NCBI GenBank assembly: GCA_963733095.1
Contig: CAVTBV010000003.1
Span: 63,502-127,501 of the forward strand
Length of the DNA stretch: 64,000 nucleotides
Origin: Candidatus Bathyarchaeota archaeon
GTDB lineage: Archaea > Thermoproteota > Bathyarchaeia > Bathyarchaeales > Bathycorpusculaceae
Direction of reading: 5' to 3'
Numbering within the stretch: position 1 is the first letter of the stretch; every line of letters begins with the position of its first letter. The notes under the pieces are model-generated. The model was not told where the DNA came from and did not search any database. It worked only from the letters and a program-made list of their open reading frames with translations. This document shows positions 1 to 8,854 of this stretch, piece after piece. A program made the translations under genes and the position numbers.

Positions 1-1
1 A

Positions 2-385
2 ACTGCTCACGACAACGTTGAGCTATCCATGTCCATAGCAAACATGACTAAAGCACAAAGAAAACAACGCGCCATAGAACTCTTAGAAACCGTCGGTTTA
101 AAAGACCGTGTCAACCACAAACCGGCAGAACTTAGCGGCGGACAACAGCAGCGCGTCGCCATCGCACGTGCACTGGCAAACAACCCAAAGTTCCTTTTGC
201 TCGATGAACCCACGGGTAACGTGGACTCAAAGACTGCGAGTGAAGTATTAGCTTTAATCGAGAAACTTAACGTGGAAAATAAAGTAAGCATAATCATGGT
301 GACCCATGACCAGAGACTAGCGCATGAAGCCAAAAAAACTGTACAAATGCTTGATGGTCTAATCTCAAATGAAGTGGTGAACTAA
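2..385 (+). CDS. ABC transporter ATP-binding protein (LolD/MacB-type), 5'-truncated by window edge
   Basis: LSGGQQQRVAIARAL signature, LLLDEPTGN Walker B, VTHD H-loop; frame open from base 2. Confidence 0.93.
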   Translation, partial: TAHDNVELSMSIANMTKAQRKQRAIELLETVGLKDRVNHKPAELSGGQQQRVAIARALANNPKFLLLDEPTGNVDSKTASEVLALIEKLNVENKVSIIMVTHDQRLAHEAKKTVQMLDGLISNEVVN

Positions 386-387
386 CA

Positions 388-1728
388 ATGAAGACGATTG
401 ATGTTTTTGGTTACTCGTTTAGCGCAATTAAACTTCGCAAGCTCCGTGCAGCGTTAACTACTTTGGGCGTTGTCATAGGCATCGCAGCCATAGTGGCGCT
501 GTTGTCGATTACTCAGGGTCTTCAAGCAACCTTAACCCACCAGTTAAACCAAGGATTATCCGCAAACACCTTAATTGTGACTCCAGGAAGCGGCGGAGTT
601 TTAGGTGGAGCAGTAGGAGGTGATGGAGCAGGCGCTGGTCCGGGTGGAGCAGGTGCAGGCGGCGGCACTGGAGGCTTTGGCGGAGGCGGCGGAGCCAGCA
701 ACTCGGGCTTCAACCTATACGTCAATTACACTAGCGAAATTGATGCTTTGTCACCAGACATCGAATCTTCAATCGCAGTAATTAGCCGCACGGGATACGT
801 CCAAACTGACAACTTGAACAGGACAGTTATGATTTATGGCGTTGATTTCAATCAATACGCTAAACTCTACAGTACCACCTTCGTAGCAACAAGCGGAACT
901 ATACCTAATAGCCCAGCAGAAACTGACACAGTTGTTGGTACACGCGTGAACCAGCCAGGACAAAACGGAACCCTATTCTTTGCTCCAGGCGATAATATCA
1001 ACATCGTATGGACTAACGCTACAGTTCTGCCACCAATAAACGAGACCTACAACGCCAACGTTACAGGGGTACTCGGCAAAATCGGCGGCTTCGGCATCGG
1101 CGGACCATCAGACACAGGCGTATACATACCGATTGACAAAGCTGAAAGCTTCTTTGGAACCCAACAATGCGACATGATAATTGTTACGCTCAAGAGCAGC
1201 GACAACGCAACCATTTCAAACGTTTCCAAACTCATAACTGACCACTTCAGCAACCAAGTATCCGTAATATCTGCAACAGCAGTCCTCAGTTTGCTCACAA
1301 GCATCTTTAGCATACTGCAGTTGTTCTTAGGCGGAATCGCAGCCATCTCACTACTTGTCGCCGGCATCGGCATAATGAACATTATGATCGTTTCGCTAAT
1401 CGAGCGAACACGGGAAATCGGCATCCTCAAAGCCTTAGGCATGAAAAGCAGAACAGTATTAACTATATTCCTCGGCGAATCCGTAATAATTGGCTTAATC
1501 GGTGCAGTCGTGGGAATAGTGCTGGGCTGGATACTGGCTAACGTGACGGCAAGAGTCTTGGGGACAGGCTTATTTGGCGGTGGCGGATTCACGGTGACAC
1601 CTTTGTTAACTCCGGAGGTGTTGGTGGGTGCACTGGCTTTCGGTATCGGCGTCAGCGTAATCTTTGCCCTCTACCCAGCATGGCGCGCATCCAAACTAAA
1701 ACCAGTAGAAGCCCTACGATACGAATAG
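388..1728 (+). CDS. ABC transporter permease (MacB/FtsX family) with Gly-rich extracellular insert
   Basis: LTTLGVVIGIAA N-terminus, GIMNIM...ERTREIGILKALG, PAWRASKLKPVEALRYE C-terminus. Confidence 0.93.
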   Translation: MKTIDVFGYSFSAIKLRKLRAALTTLGVVIGIAAIVALLSITQGLQATLTHQLNQGLSANTLIVTPGSGGVLGGAVGGDGAGAGPGGAGAGGGTGGFGGGGGASNSGFNLYVNYTSEIDALSPDIESSIAVISRTGYVQTDNLNRTVMIYGVDFNQYAKLYSTTFVATSGTIPNSPAETDTVVGTRVNQPGQNGTLFFAPGDNINIVWTNATVLPPINETYNANVTGVLGKIGGFGIGGPSDTGVYIPIDKAESFFGTQQCDMIIVTLKSSDNATISNVSKLITDHFSNQVSVISATAVLSLLTSIFSILQLFLGGIAAISLLVAGIGIMNIMIVSLIERTREIGILKALGMKSRTVLTIFLGESVIIGLIGAVVGIVLGWILANVTARVLGTGLFGGGGFTVTPLLTPEVLVGALAFGIGVSVIFALYPAWRASKLKPVEALRYE

Positions 1729-1825
1729 AAGCTTCTTCTCCAACCCTTTTTTCTTCTATTTTTTATTGAGAAACTATCCATTGCAGTTTTAAGATACAAC
1801 CAACATATTACGTTGAGGCTTCTGC

Positions 1826-2272
1826 ATGAAACGCTTGTATCCAGACCAACCTGTCGTAGGCATTGGGGCAGTCATAATTCAAGATGGAAAAATAGCGCTG
1901 ATAAAACGCGGCAACGAACCAGGCAAAGGCAAGTGGAGCATACCCGGTGGTTTAGTGGAACTCGGCGAAAATCTCCCAGCTGCAGTTATCCGCGAAACCA
2001 AAGAAGAAGTCTGCCTCGACGTCGAAAATCCACAGCTAGTTGACGTGGTGGATAATGTTGATTTTGATGAGCAGGGCAAAGTAAAATATCACTATGTAAT
2101 CGTCGACTACCTCGTACACGTAAAAGCAGGAACTATACAAGCTGCAAGCGACGCTGCAGAATTACGCTGGGTATCCTTCGACGAGGTAGAAAGTTACAAT
2201 TTGACGGCTTCTTTTCGGTTTTTCTTCAAACAAAATAGGAAAAAACTTGAGGAAGCTAATTCTTATCGCTAA
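1826..2272 (+). CDS. NUDIX hydrolase (ADP-ribose pyrophosphatase-like)
   Basis: Nudix box GGLVELGE...AVIRETKEEV. Confidence 0.9.
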   Translation: MKRLYPDQPVVGIGAVIIQDGKIALIKRGNEPGKGKWSIPGGLVELGENLPAAVIRETKEEVCLDVENPQLVDVVDNVDFDEQGKVKYHYVIVDYLVHVKAGTIQAASDAAELRWVSFDEVESYNLTASFRFFFKQNRKKLEEANSYR

Positions 2273-3716
2273 AAAACAGTCGTGTTTCTCCCAGTGTCTT
2301 GATATCTAAAGCTCTGACCCGGGCAACAATTGGGAAATCCCTCACCACTTTTCCTAAAGTTAAGCAATGATGAGGTGGCAAATCACGGGCGATTGAACGT
2401 ACAGTCTCCGCATCAACGCGGGCAGCTCTCGAAACCACGTCGAGGTCATGTTCGTTGGTGAAATTGAAGAGGAAAATGTTGTCAGCTTGGCGGTAGATGG
2501 TTTCTTGGATCGTGTCAGGTTGGTTTGTGATGAAGGTTGTGAAGATGCCATAGTGGCGCATGCGGGTAACAATGTCGTCCCAGTATGTTTCGCGTAGGTA
2601 AAGGTGGGCTTCTTCGGCAAAAAGGAATACAGCTTTGAGTTTCCAGTTTGACAGAGAATCAACCAGTTTGCCCAATACGTATTCGACGACGATTTGGCGA
2701 TCGATGTTTGAAGTATTTTTTAGATTTACAACTATTGCGCCGCCCGTGTCTTTGGATTTGAAAATGGTCTCGTCAAGCAACGTTGCTTCTCCGAGACAGT
2801 CAGTGAAAAACCCTGAGTTAGCAAATGAATGAAACCTTGAAGCCAACGCATCACGCACATGCTGATTACAGTTCAAATCGCGAATTGCTTCACCCAAATT
2901 CTGCATGTTAAGTTTCCCTTGTTCTTTGAGCATTTTCCAAAGTCGCCTGAATTCTCGAGCTGAGGTTCCTGGTAGGTGCAATGCGTTCACCAATATTCCC
3001 ATGACCGTGTTTAATGGTAGCTGCTCAAGTGCCACCTTGAAGTTCTGTGAAGGTACCAGCGTGTGGATTTTATCGTAGTACATGTTTCGTTTGCCGTCGT
3101 TGGTCATTCCAAGGCTGCTGTATTCGCCGTTGAGGTCGAATATGACGACAGTGGCTTTGTAGCCGACAAGGTTTACCATGAGGAGTTTGCTGAGGTGTGA
3201 TTTACCACAGCCTTTCTTGCCTGTAATGATGTTAAGGGTACCATCGATGGATGACGCATCAACTGTAAGTAACGTGGAGTCTTTTGTTCCGCCCAATGTT
3301 ATGGGTAGTCTGCCGTCGACTTTGGCGAGCTTCATAAGCATTGGAATGGAGAGTTTCTTGATTGTGGATTGCGAACGGCTTGGAAGCCAACTGCTGCTTG
3401 GGCTGAGCATTTCGTTTTCCAACGTGGCGCGTATTTTGCAGATGAGTAGGCTTGCATCTTGGATGTACGTGATATGCGGTGCGATCTCCATAGGGTCGAT
3501 GTCTTCGCCCTGCAAGGGTTCGCCCCCATCGGGCAGCGTCCGCAACAACTCCTCCAGCACCCCTGGAACAGCAGCGAATTGAACATCGATAACCTGTGCA
3601 ATCAACGCCTTCGCGGCATCAGCATCTTCCACAAAGAGGTAATCTCCTTTTTCTGCGCTTTCCGTGGGGAAACTGATGACTTGAAGAATGTTGCCTTCTT
3701 TTTTGTATAGTTTCAT
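2256..3716 (-). CDS. herA: HerA/FtsK-like ATPase (DUF87)
   Basis: Walker A TGKKGCGKS, DLNGEY, Walker B FAEEAH, RMRHYG..TNQP; ATG at 3716 directly after nurA stop. Confidence 0.85.
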   Translation of the reverse strand: MKLYKKEGNILQVISFPTESAEKGDYLFVEDADAAKALIAQVIDVQFAAVPGVLEELLRTLPDGGEPLQGEDIDPMEIAPHITYIQDASLLICKIRATLENEMLSPSSSWLPSRSQSTIKKLSIPMLMKLAKVDGRLPITLGGTKDSTLLTVDASSIDGTLNIITGKKGCGKSHLSKLLMVNLVGYKATVVIFDLNGEYSSLGMTNDGKRNMYYDKIHTLVPSQNFKVALEQLPLNTVMGILVNALHLPGTSAREFRRLWKMLKEQGKLNMQNLGEAIRDLNCNQHVRDALASRFHSFANSGFFTDCLGEATLLDETIFKSKDTGGAIVVNLKNTSNIDRQIVVEYVLGKLVDSLSNWKLKAVFLFAEEAHLYLRETYWDDIVTRMRHYGIFTTFITNQPDTIQETIYRQADNIFLFNFTNEHDLDVVSRAARVDAETVRSIARDLPPHHCLTLGKVVRDFPIVARVRALDIKTLGETRLFFSDKN

Positions 3717-3717
3717 G

Positions 3718-4785
3718 TTAGTTTTCTCCTTTGAAACTGTAGCAGCCGAAGAGAACTTTGTGCATGTCGGGGCGGTTGACGATTTGGATGCCGTGTTTGC
3801 GGGTGATGAAATGTTTGATTGCGTAGACTTCGTTTGCGGTAAATGTGCATAGTATGTGTGAGAGCCGCAGGGTTTCTGGGTAGCTCTGAGTATACAGGTC
3901 GTTGCCAAGCAGTTTTTGGATAGCGTCAATTCGTTGTTCAACGGGTGTTTCTCTGTCAATATCCATTCTAAACGCCAAATTTGCCTTGTTTAGACGCGCC
4001 ACATACACATCGCCCAGTAACATCATAGGCGGCTTAGAATGCAACCCAGCAGTCTCAAGCAAGTAAGGCGAATCACGTTTAGGCAGTTGCTCCGTTATCA
4101 ACAAGCCATTCGCCCTCAAAGTAGTAGCTTTTGAGAACGCCAAGACGGTGCTCAGGTTTCTTCTTGCATATGTCAAGATTTCTCGGAGGCGCCGAGTTGG
4201 GGTTTCAGGGGTGCCTGCGGTTAGGGAACCATCGAAGAGAAGGACACCTTTCTGCACGGTTTTGGCTATAACGGTTTGAAGCCAACGTTCAAGGAGGCTA
4301 GCAAGGCGGTTGGGCATTTGCATTATGTTTGGGGTGGCTTGGTGGCAGCTTCCGTATGTGGTGCTGAAGTATGCGTGTTCTAAGGTGTTATAGAGTTGAT
4401 TTTTGTTGTCTTCAGTTATGTGGAAAATGAATGGTCCTAAACGCGTGTATTTGTAGGTGCCGTTCTGTTTCCAAGTTGTTGCTCCCCGGACGGCGATAAT
4501 TATGCCCGTCGTGGTTTCGCCGATTTTTATGGTTGAGGTGTCGATGGCGGCAATTAAGGTTTGTTGGTGGTTGGGTTTTAGGGTAATTGGTTGCGGTTTT
4601 AGAATTATGTTGTGGGGGATTTGTTCGGTAGTATTGAACTGTTGTACAGTTTGCTGGTTTAGGTAGTTGGGTTGGATTTGTTTTAGGGTGTGGATTGATT
4701 GTTCGAAGAAACGTTGGGGGAGGATCGAGTCTATGCCGGGTTGTGGAAAGTTATATTTGTTAGTGGTTGTATATTGTTCAATCAC
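3718..4785 (-). CDS. nurA: NurA-family nuclease
   Basis: AAIDTS, LLFDGSL, SKAT, YPETLRLSH motifs; directly upstream of herA. Confidence 0.8.
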   Translation of the reverse strand: MIEQYTTTNKYNFPQPGIDSILPQRFFEQSIHTLKQIQPNYLNQQTVQQFNTTEQIPHNIILKPQPITLKPNHQQTLIAAIDTSTIKIGETTTGIIIAVRGATTWKQNGTYKYTRLGPFIFHITEDNKNQLYNTLEHAYFSTTYGSCHQATPNIMQMPNRLASLLERWLQTVIAKTVQKGVLLFDGSLTAGTPETPTRRLREILTYARRNLSTVLAFSKATTLRANGLLITEQLPKRDSPYLLETAGLHSKPPMMLLGDVYVARLNKANLAFRMDIDRETPVEQRIDAIQKLLGNDLYTQSYPETLRLSHILCTFTANEVYAIKHFITRKHGIQIVNRPDMHKVLFGCYSFKGEN

Positions 4786-4790
4786 GATGA

Positions 4791-4856
4791 TTCACCAATA
4801 TTCAATATCTTTATTGGTGAAATATTTAAGTATTGTGCATGCACATCTTGCACAAT
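4791..4856. promoter_or_regulatory. Divergent promoter region with two inverted repeats (putative operators)
   Basis: TTCACCAATA-N11-TATTGGTGAA (4791-4821); ATTGTGCA-N9-TGCACAAT (4832-4856), overlapping palindrome TGTGCATGCACA (4834-4845); TATTTAAG between them. Confidence 0.6.
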
Positions 4857-4878
4857 TCAATATACAATAGGTGAAGAG

Positions 4879-5286
4879 TTGACACAACCACAGCAAAACC
4901 CACCAATCAAAGTAAAAATGAAAATCGGCGACATAGAATTCGAAATCGAAGCCCAAAGCGACCAAATCCAAACCGCCGTAAACCAAATCCTCACAACCGT
5001 CACTGAACACTCAAAAAACATCAACCTAACCCAAATTACCGAACGCCCCGCACCCCTCCCAAGAGCCGAAACCTGCCGAGGCGTAATCCAAAAACTCTGG
5101 GAAGAAAACTGGTTCAGCGAACCAAGAGGGTTAGACGACGTCCACACCGAACTCGCACGCAAAGGGTTCCACTACGACCGCACCGCAGTCGCCCACGCCC
5201 TCGTAGATTTGGTCAAAGACAACATCCTAACACGCATCGGCAAACCACGCCGATACCAATACGCACAAAAAAGACCCCCAACATAA
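4879..5286 (+). CDS. Small protein with C-terminal winged-HTH domain
   Basis: GGTGA RBS then TTG 4879; WFSEPRGLDDVHTELARKGFHYDRTAVAHALVDLVKDNILTRIGKPRRYQY is wHTH-like. Confidence 0.7.
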   Translation: MTQPQQNPPIKVKMKIGDIEFEIEAQSDQIQTAVNQILTTVTEHSKNINLTQITERPAPLPRAETCRGVIQKLWEENWFSEPRGLDDVHTELARKGFHYDRTAVAHALVDLVKDNILTRIGKPRRYQYAQKRPPT

Positions 5287-5294
5287 TCTATCTT

Positions 5295-6374
5295 ATGAAC
5301 CACTTTACCATAAAACCGCCCGGAATTTATGTGGAAAACATCAGGATTCAGCCGCAATCAATCGAGGGTGTAAGCACAAGCACCGCAGCTTTTTTAGGCG
5401 AAACCCAAACAGGCCCAACTACCCCGACGCTCGTTACCAGTTGGGGTGGTTTCCAGAAGTTGTTCGGTGGCTATTTTGGCGTAGATAGGTTTCTGCCTTA
5501 TGCTGTTGAAGGGTTCTTTGGGAATGGCGGTCACCGATTGTATGTGTGTAGAGTAACCAATAGCGATTATTCATCTGTCCTTGCTTTAATGGAAAAAGTT
5601 GAGGACGTATCCATTGTTTATGCTCCAAACGCTCAAGCCATAACAGGTTTGTCAAGCGCGTTAATTACTCATTGTGAGCGGTTGAGGAATCGTTTTGCCA
5701 TTTTAGATTCGCTCAAGGGACAGGATCCATGGAGCATAAATCAGCCAGTTGATTCATCGTTTGCCGCGTTGTATTACCCATGGATTTACGTAAGGGAAGC
5801 AGAGACAGGACCCGTACGTTTGGTTCCGCCAGGCGGCCATGTCGCTGGAATCTACGCTCGCACCGATAATGATGTCGGCGTCAATAAGGCACCAGCAAAT
5901 CAACTCGTCAAAGGTGCAATGGATTTAGAGTTAACAATGAAGTCTCACCAACAAGACAGCCTTGTCCCTCAAGACATAAACTGTATCCGCAACTTTGCAG
6001 GCAGAGGCATACTTGTGTGGGGTGCCAGAACCCTATCTAGCGACCCCGAATGGAAGTATGTGAATGTCCGCAGGTTACTGATTTACCTTGAGCAATCAAT
6101 AAAGAAAGGAACTACATGGGCCGTTTTTGAACCAGACAATGAGGCAACATGGACGAAAATTACAGGGTCAATCGAAAATTTTCTGATGCAAACATGGAGA
6201 AACGGCATGTTGATGGGCGCTTCTCAGAAGGAAGCTTACTTTGTACATTGTGACCGAACCACAATGAACCAAAACGACATCGACGGCAGGCGAATAAATG
6301 TTCTTATCGGCGTCGCAGTCACCAAACCAGCCGAATTCATAATTCTAAGAATTACCCATACCCTTTCCTCTTAA
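5295..6374 (+). CDS. Phage/eCIS contractile tail sheath protein (Afp2/Pvc2-like, minimal size)
   Basis: PGIYVE, AAFLG, FFGNGG, ALYYPW, VPPGGHVAGIYARTD, KAPAN, WGARTL, YVNVRRL, WAVFEP, KPAEFI. Confidence 0.92.
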   Translation: MNHFTIKPPGIYVENIRIQPQSIEGVSTSTAAFLGETQTGPTTPTLVTSWGGFQKLFGGYFGVDRFLPYAVEGFFGNGGHRLYVCRVTNSDYSSVLALMEKVEDVSIVYAPNAQAITGLSSALITHCERLRNRFAILDSLKGQDPWSINQPVDSSFAALYYPWIYVREAETGPVRLVPPGGHVAGIYARTDNDVGVNKAPANQLVKGAMDLELTMKSHQQDSLVPQDINCIRNFAGRGILVWGARTLSSDPEWKYVNVRRLLIYLEQSIKKGTTWAVFEPDNEATWTKITGSIENFLMQTWRNGMLMGASQKEAYFVHCDRTTMNQNDIDGRRINVLIGVAVTKPAEFIILRITHTLSS

Positions 6375-6424
6375 AGCGATTGGGCATCACCTGACATAGG
6401 CTTTTGGCGTTATATAAGCGATTC

Positions 6425-7555
6425 TTAGAGATATGAGTGAAACCCAGCAAAAATAAAACTGCTCAACCCCGTTATGACTACTAATCCGCAAGTGAGCAGG
6501 GATAGCAATTTTGTTGTCGTATACTTCTTTTGGACATAGAAAAGTTGCGATGCAGAAGCAGAAAGGAACAGTGCCAGCGTCATTGTTTCTTTGGGGTCCC
6601 AGGACCAATAGCTTCCCCAAGCAAACTGCGCCCACAACATGCCCGTCAATAATCCAAGAAAGGTGAACAGCCAAAGCATCCTTCCCGTTATCTTTGTTAT
6701 TCTGCTTTCCAAGTCGTTTATCTTTAGAACAAGGATTGCAAACAGGAATGTTAGTACATAGCCGGTAATTGCGAGTGGTGGATGGATGTAGAGCATTTGG
6801 GAGTTAAATGAATGTGAAGATGTTGTTGGGTTTGGCTGGGTTGTTGGTGTTGTTGATGGGGTTGAGTTTGAGGTGGGAATGCGCGTTGGGGTAGCTGCAG
6901 TATTGGTGGGTTGATTTGTTTGCGCATGTGTAGGTATGGGCGTGTTTGTGACGGGTGGATTGGTTGAGGTTTGTGGGGTTGTGGATGATAGGGGTGTTAA
7001 TGTTGGAATGGGTGTTGGTGCTGGAGTTGGGGTAAGTGTCAGGTTGGGATTGAAAGCAACGGTTATCAAAGGATTGGGTAAGTAACTATCTGAGTAGAAA
7101 AGATGCTCATGGATAGTTATGGCCGAAGCCGAAATCACGAGCTCATCTGGACCTTGTGAAATTCCAGTTATTTGCCATGTTGCAGTGGCAGTAGTTGGAC
7201 CAAGGGTACCGATGTTGAATGTGGGGTTGCTGACTGAGAAATGGCCGTTCTGAGAACTTAGGGTGACAGTAACGCTTAAAAACTGATTGAATAGTGGAGG
7301 CGCGTTGTTAATGTTTTGTATAGCTACGGTAACTGTTGTGGTTTGTCCAACCACTATGGTTGAGGGAATAATGTTTTGACTATTGCCCTCTAAGATGTCT
7401 AACTGTTGATTGTATGTTGAACCGTGGCAGGAACTACACTGGTTTGAAGACAGTGAAAAGACGAGTGATGCCAACAAAGCAACAGCAATAGAGATGGTTG
7501 CAAACAAAACTGTAAAAGTCATCCAGTGCAACTTTACAGTTGGTCGGGAAAACAT
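6425..7555 (-). CDS. CxxCH-containing surface protein fused to cytochrome c assembly (CcsA/CcmF-like WWD) domain
   Basis: N-terminal TM, CSSCH, beta-rich domain, Thr/Pro linker, then HPP...[20 protein letters not shown]...GFHSY. Confidence 0.85.
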   Translation of the reverse strand: MFSRPTVKLHWMTFTVLFATISIAVALLASLVFSLSSNQCSSCHGSTYNQQLDILEGNSQNIIPSTIVVGQTTTVTVAIQNINNAPPLFNQFLSVTVTLSSQNGHFSVSNPTFNIGTLGPTTATATWQITGISQGPDELVISASAITIHEHLFYSDSYLPNPLITVAFNPNLTLTPTPAPTPIPTLTPLSSTTPQTSTNPPVTNTPIPTHAQTNQPTNTAATPTRIPTSNSTPSTTPTTQPNPTTSSHSFNSQMLYIHPPLAITGYVLTFLFAILVLKINDLESRITKITGRMLWLFTFLGLLTGMLWAQFAWGSYWSWDPKETMTLALFLSASASQLFYVQKKYTTTKLLSLLTCGLVVITGLSSFIFAGFHSYL

Positions 7556-7785
7556 TTTTTTCTTAGACAAACTCAAGGGTGCTAAAATAACGGGGTGCCA
7601 ACCAATTTAACTATTCTTGAAAAAGCACTTTTACAGTTAAGCAACAGAATCAAACCAGACACAAAAACCTTGTAGAAATAGAGTTGGCAAACGTGCACTT
7701 TGGTTAGCAAGCAACATTTATAGTGTGTTTTGTTCATCGTATTTAATTGATCTTTTCAAAAATTAACCAGTTGGAGGTGAAATTT

Positions 7786-8262
7786 TTGCCAGATATTGTC
7801 GATACCGCTGTGGCATCAGGAACTTTTAACACCCTTGCAGAAGCGGTTAAAGCAGCAGGCCTAGTTGATACATTAAAGGGGCCGGGTCCATTCACGGTTT
7901 TTGCACCCACCGACGAAGCATTCAAGAAAGTACCCAAAGCAGACTTTGACAAACTCATGAAGGACCCAATGAAACTAAAAGAGGTTTTAACTTTCCATGT
8001 CGTGGAAGGAAAAATGACGACCGCCGACCAGAAAGAGCATGAGTATTTGAAGGCGCTTAACGGTGGAGAACTCAGAATAGACGCAAAAAGTTGGCATCTA
8101 CACAGGAACTTAAAGGTAAACGATGCAAACGTCGTCAAACCTGACTTAGTGGTGGATAACGGAGTTTGCCATGCCATAGATAAAGTGCTGATGCCAAAGA
8201 TAGTTACCATGGAAAAATCAATTGTAAATGACCTGACAATTTTACAGGTTCCTATTTTCTAA
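7786..8262 (+). CDS. Fasciclin (FAS1) domain protein
   Basis: DIVDTAV, GPFTVFAPTDEAF, FHVVEG, NGVCHAIDKVLMP; GGAGGTG RBS then TTG. Confidence 0.92.
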   Translation: MPDIVDTAVASGTFNTLAEAVKAAGLVDTLKGPGPFTVFAPTDEAFKKVPKADFDKLMKDPMKLKEVLTFHVVEGKMTTADQKEHEYLKALNGGELRIDAKSWHLHRNLKVNDANVVKPDLVVDNGVCHAIDKVLMPKIVTMEKSIVNDLTILQVPIF

Positions 8263-8285
8263 TTTTTGTCTCTAATGCTTTCTGT

Positions 8286-8705
8286 TTAGAGTTGTTGTTT
8301 TATTTTCTCCGCCATAACTTCTAGTTTGGCTCTTTCAACTTCTCTAAGTTCGCTGAATGGCGGCAGTTTTTGCCCTTCAAATCGGGGAACCACGTGAACG
8401 TGGATGTGGAATATGTCTTGTCCTGCAGCCTTTCCGTTCTGTTGAATTATGCTTATGCCGTCAGCGTCGGTGGCTTTTTTGACTGCAAGGGAAACTTGTT
8501 TGGCGGTTTTATGCATTTGGCTTAACTCGTTTTCTGGAATGTCAAAAATGTCTATGTAATGGTCTTTGGGAATGATTAAGGTGTGACCCATGTTTAATGG
8601 TCGTATGTCGAGGAAAACCATGATTATGTCATCTTCGGTGATGATGCTTGCTGACGCTTGTTTGTTAACTATTTTGCAGAAAATGCAGTTTTCGTCGCGT
8701 TTCAA
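8286..8705 (-). CDS. HIT family nucleotide hydrolase
   Basis: CIFCKI, GHTLIIPK, AGQDIFHIHVHVVPR. Confidence 0.93.
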   Translation of the reverse strand: MKRDENCIFCKIVNKQASASIITEDDIIMVFLDIRPLNMGHTLIIPKDHYIDIFDIPENELSQMHKTAKQVSLAVKKATDADGISIIQQNGKAAGQDIFHIHVHVVPRFEGQKLPPFSELREVERAKLEVMAEKIKQQL

Positions 8706-8854
8706 AGTTAAACAACCTTGAGTTAATCATTCAATTATCCTGTTTGCTGCTGAATTAACTTTCCCTTTTGCCAGCCAGGAATCGCCAAAAAGGGAGGTAA
8801 CCGTAAAAACTAAAAACAAACATCAAGCATCAATATACCAGAGAGGAATACGCT

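Noticed and set aside
3717-3959. 81-aa N-terminal extension of HerA in the ORF track
   Set aside because: Overlaps nurA in another frame; ATG 3716 with GGAG RBS fits better
4699-4878. N-terminal extension of the wHTH ORF
   Set aside because: Overlaps the nurA start and the promoter; RBS supports TTG 4879
6820-7050. GT-rich repeats as a DNA repeat element
   Set aside because: Explained by the Thr/Pro linker codons of the minus-strand gene
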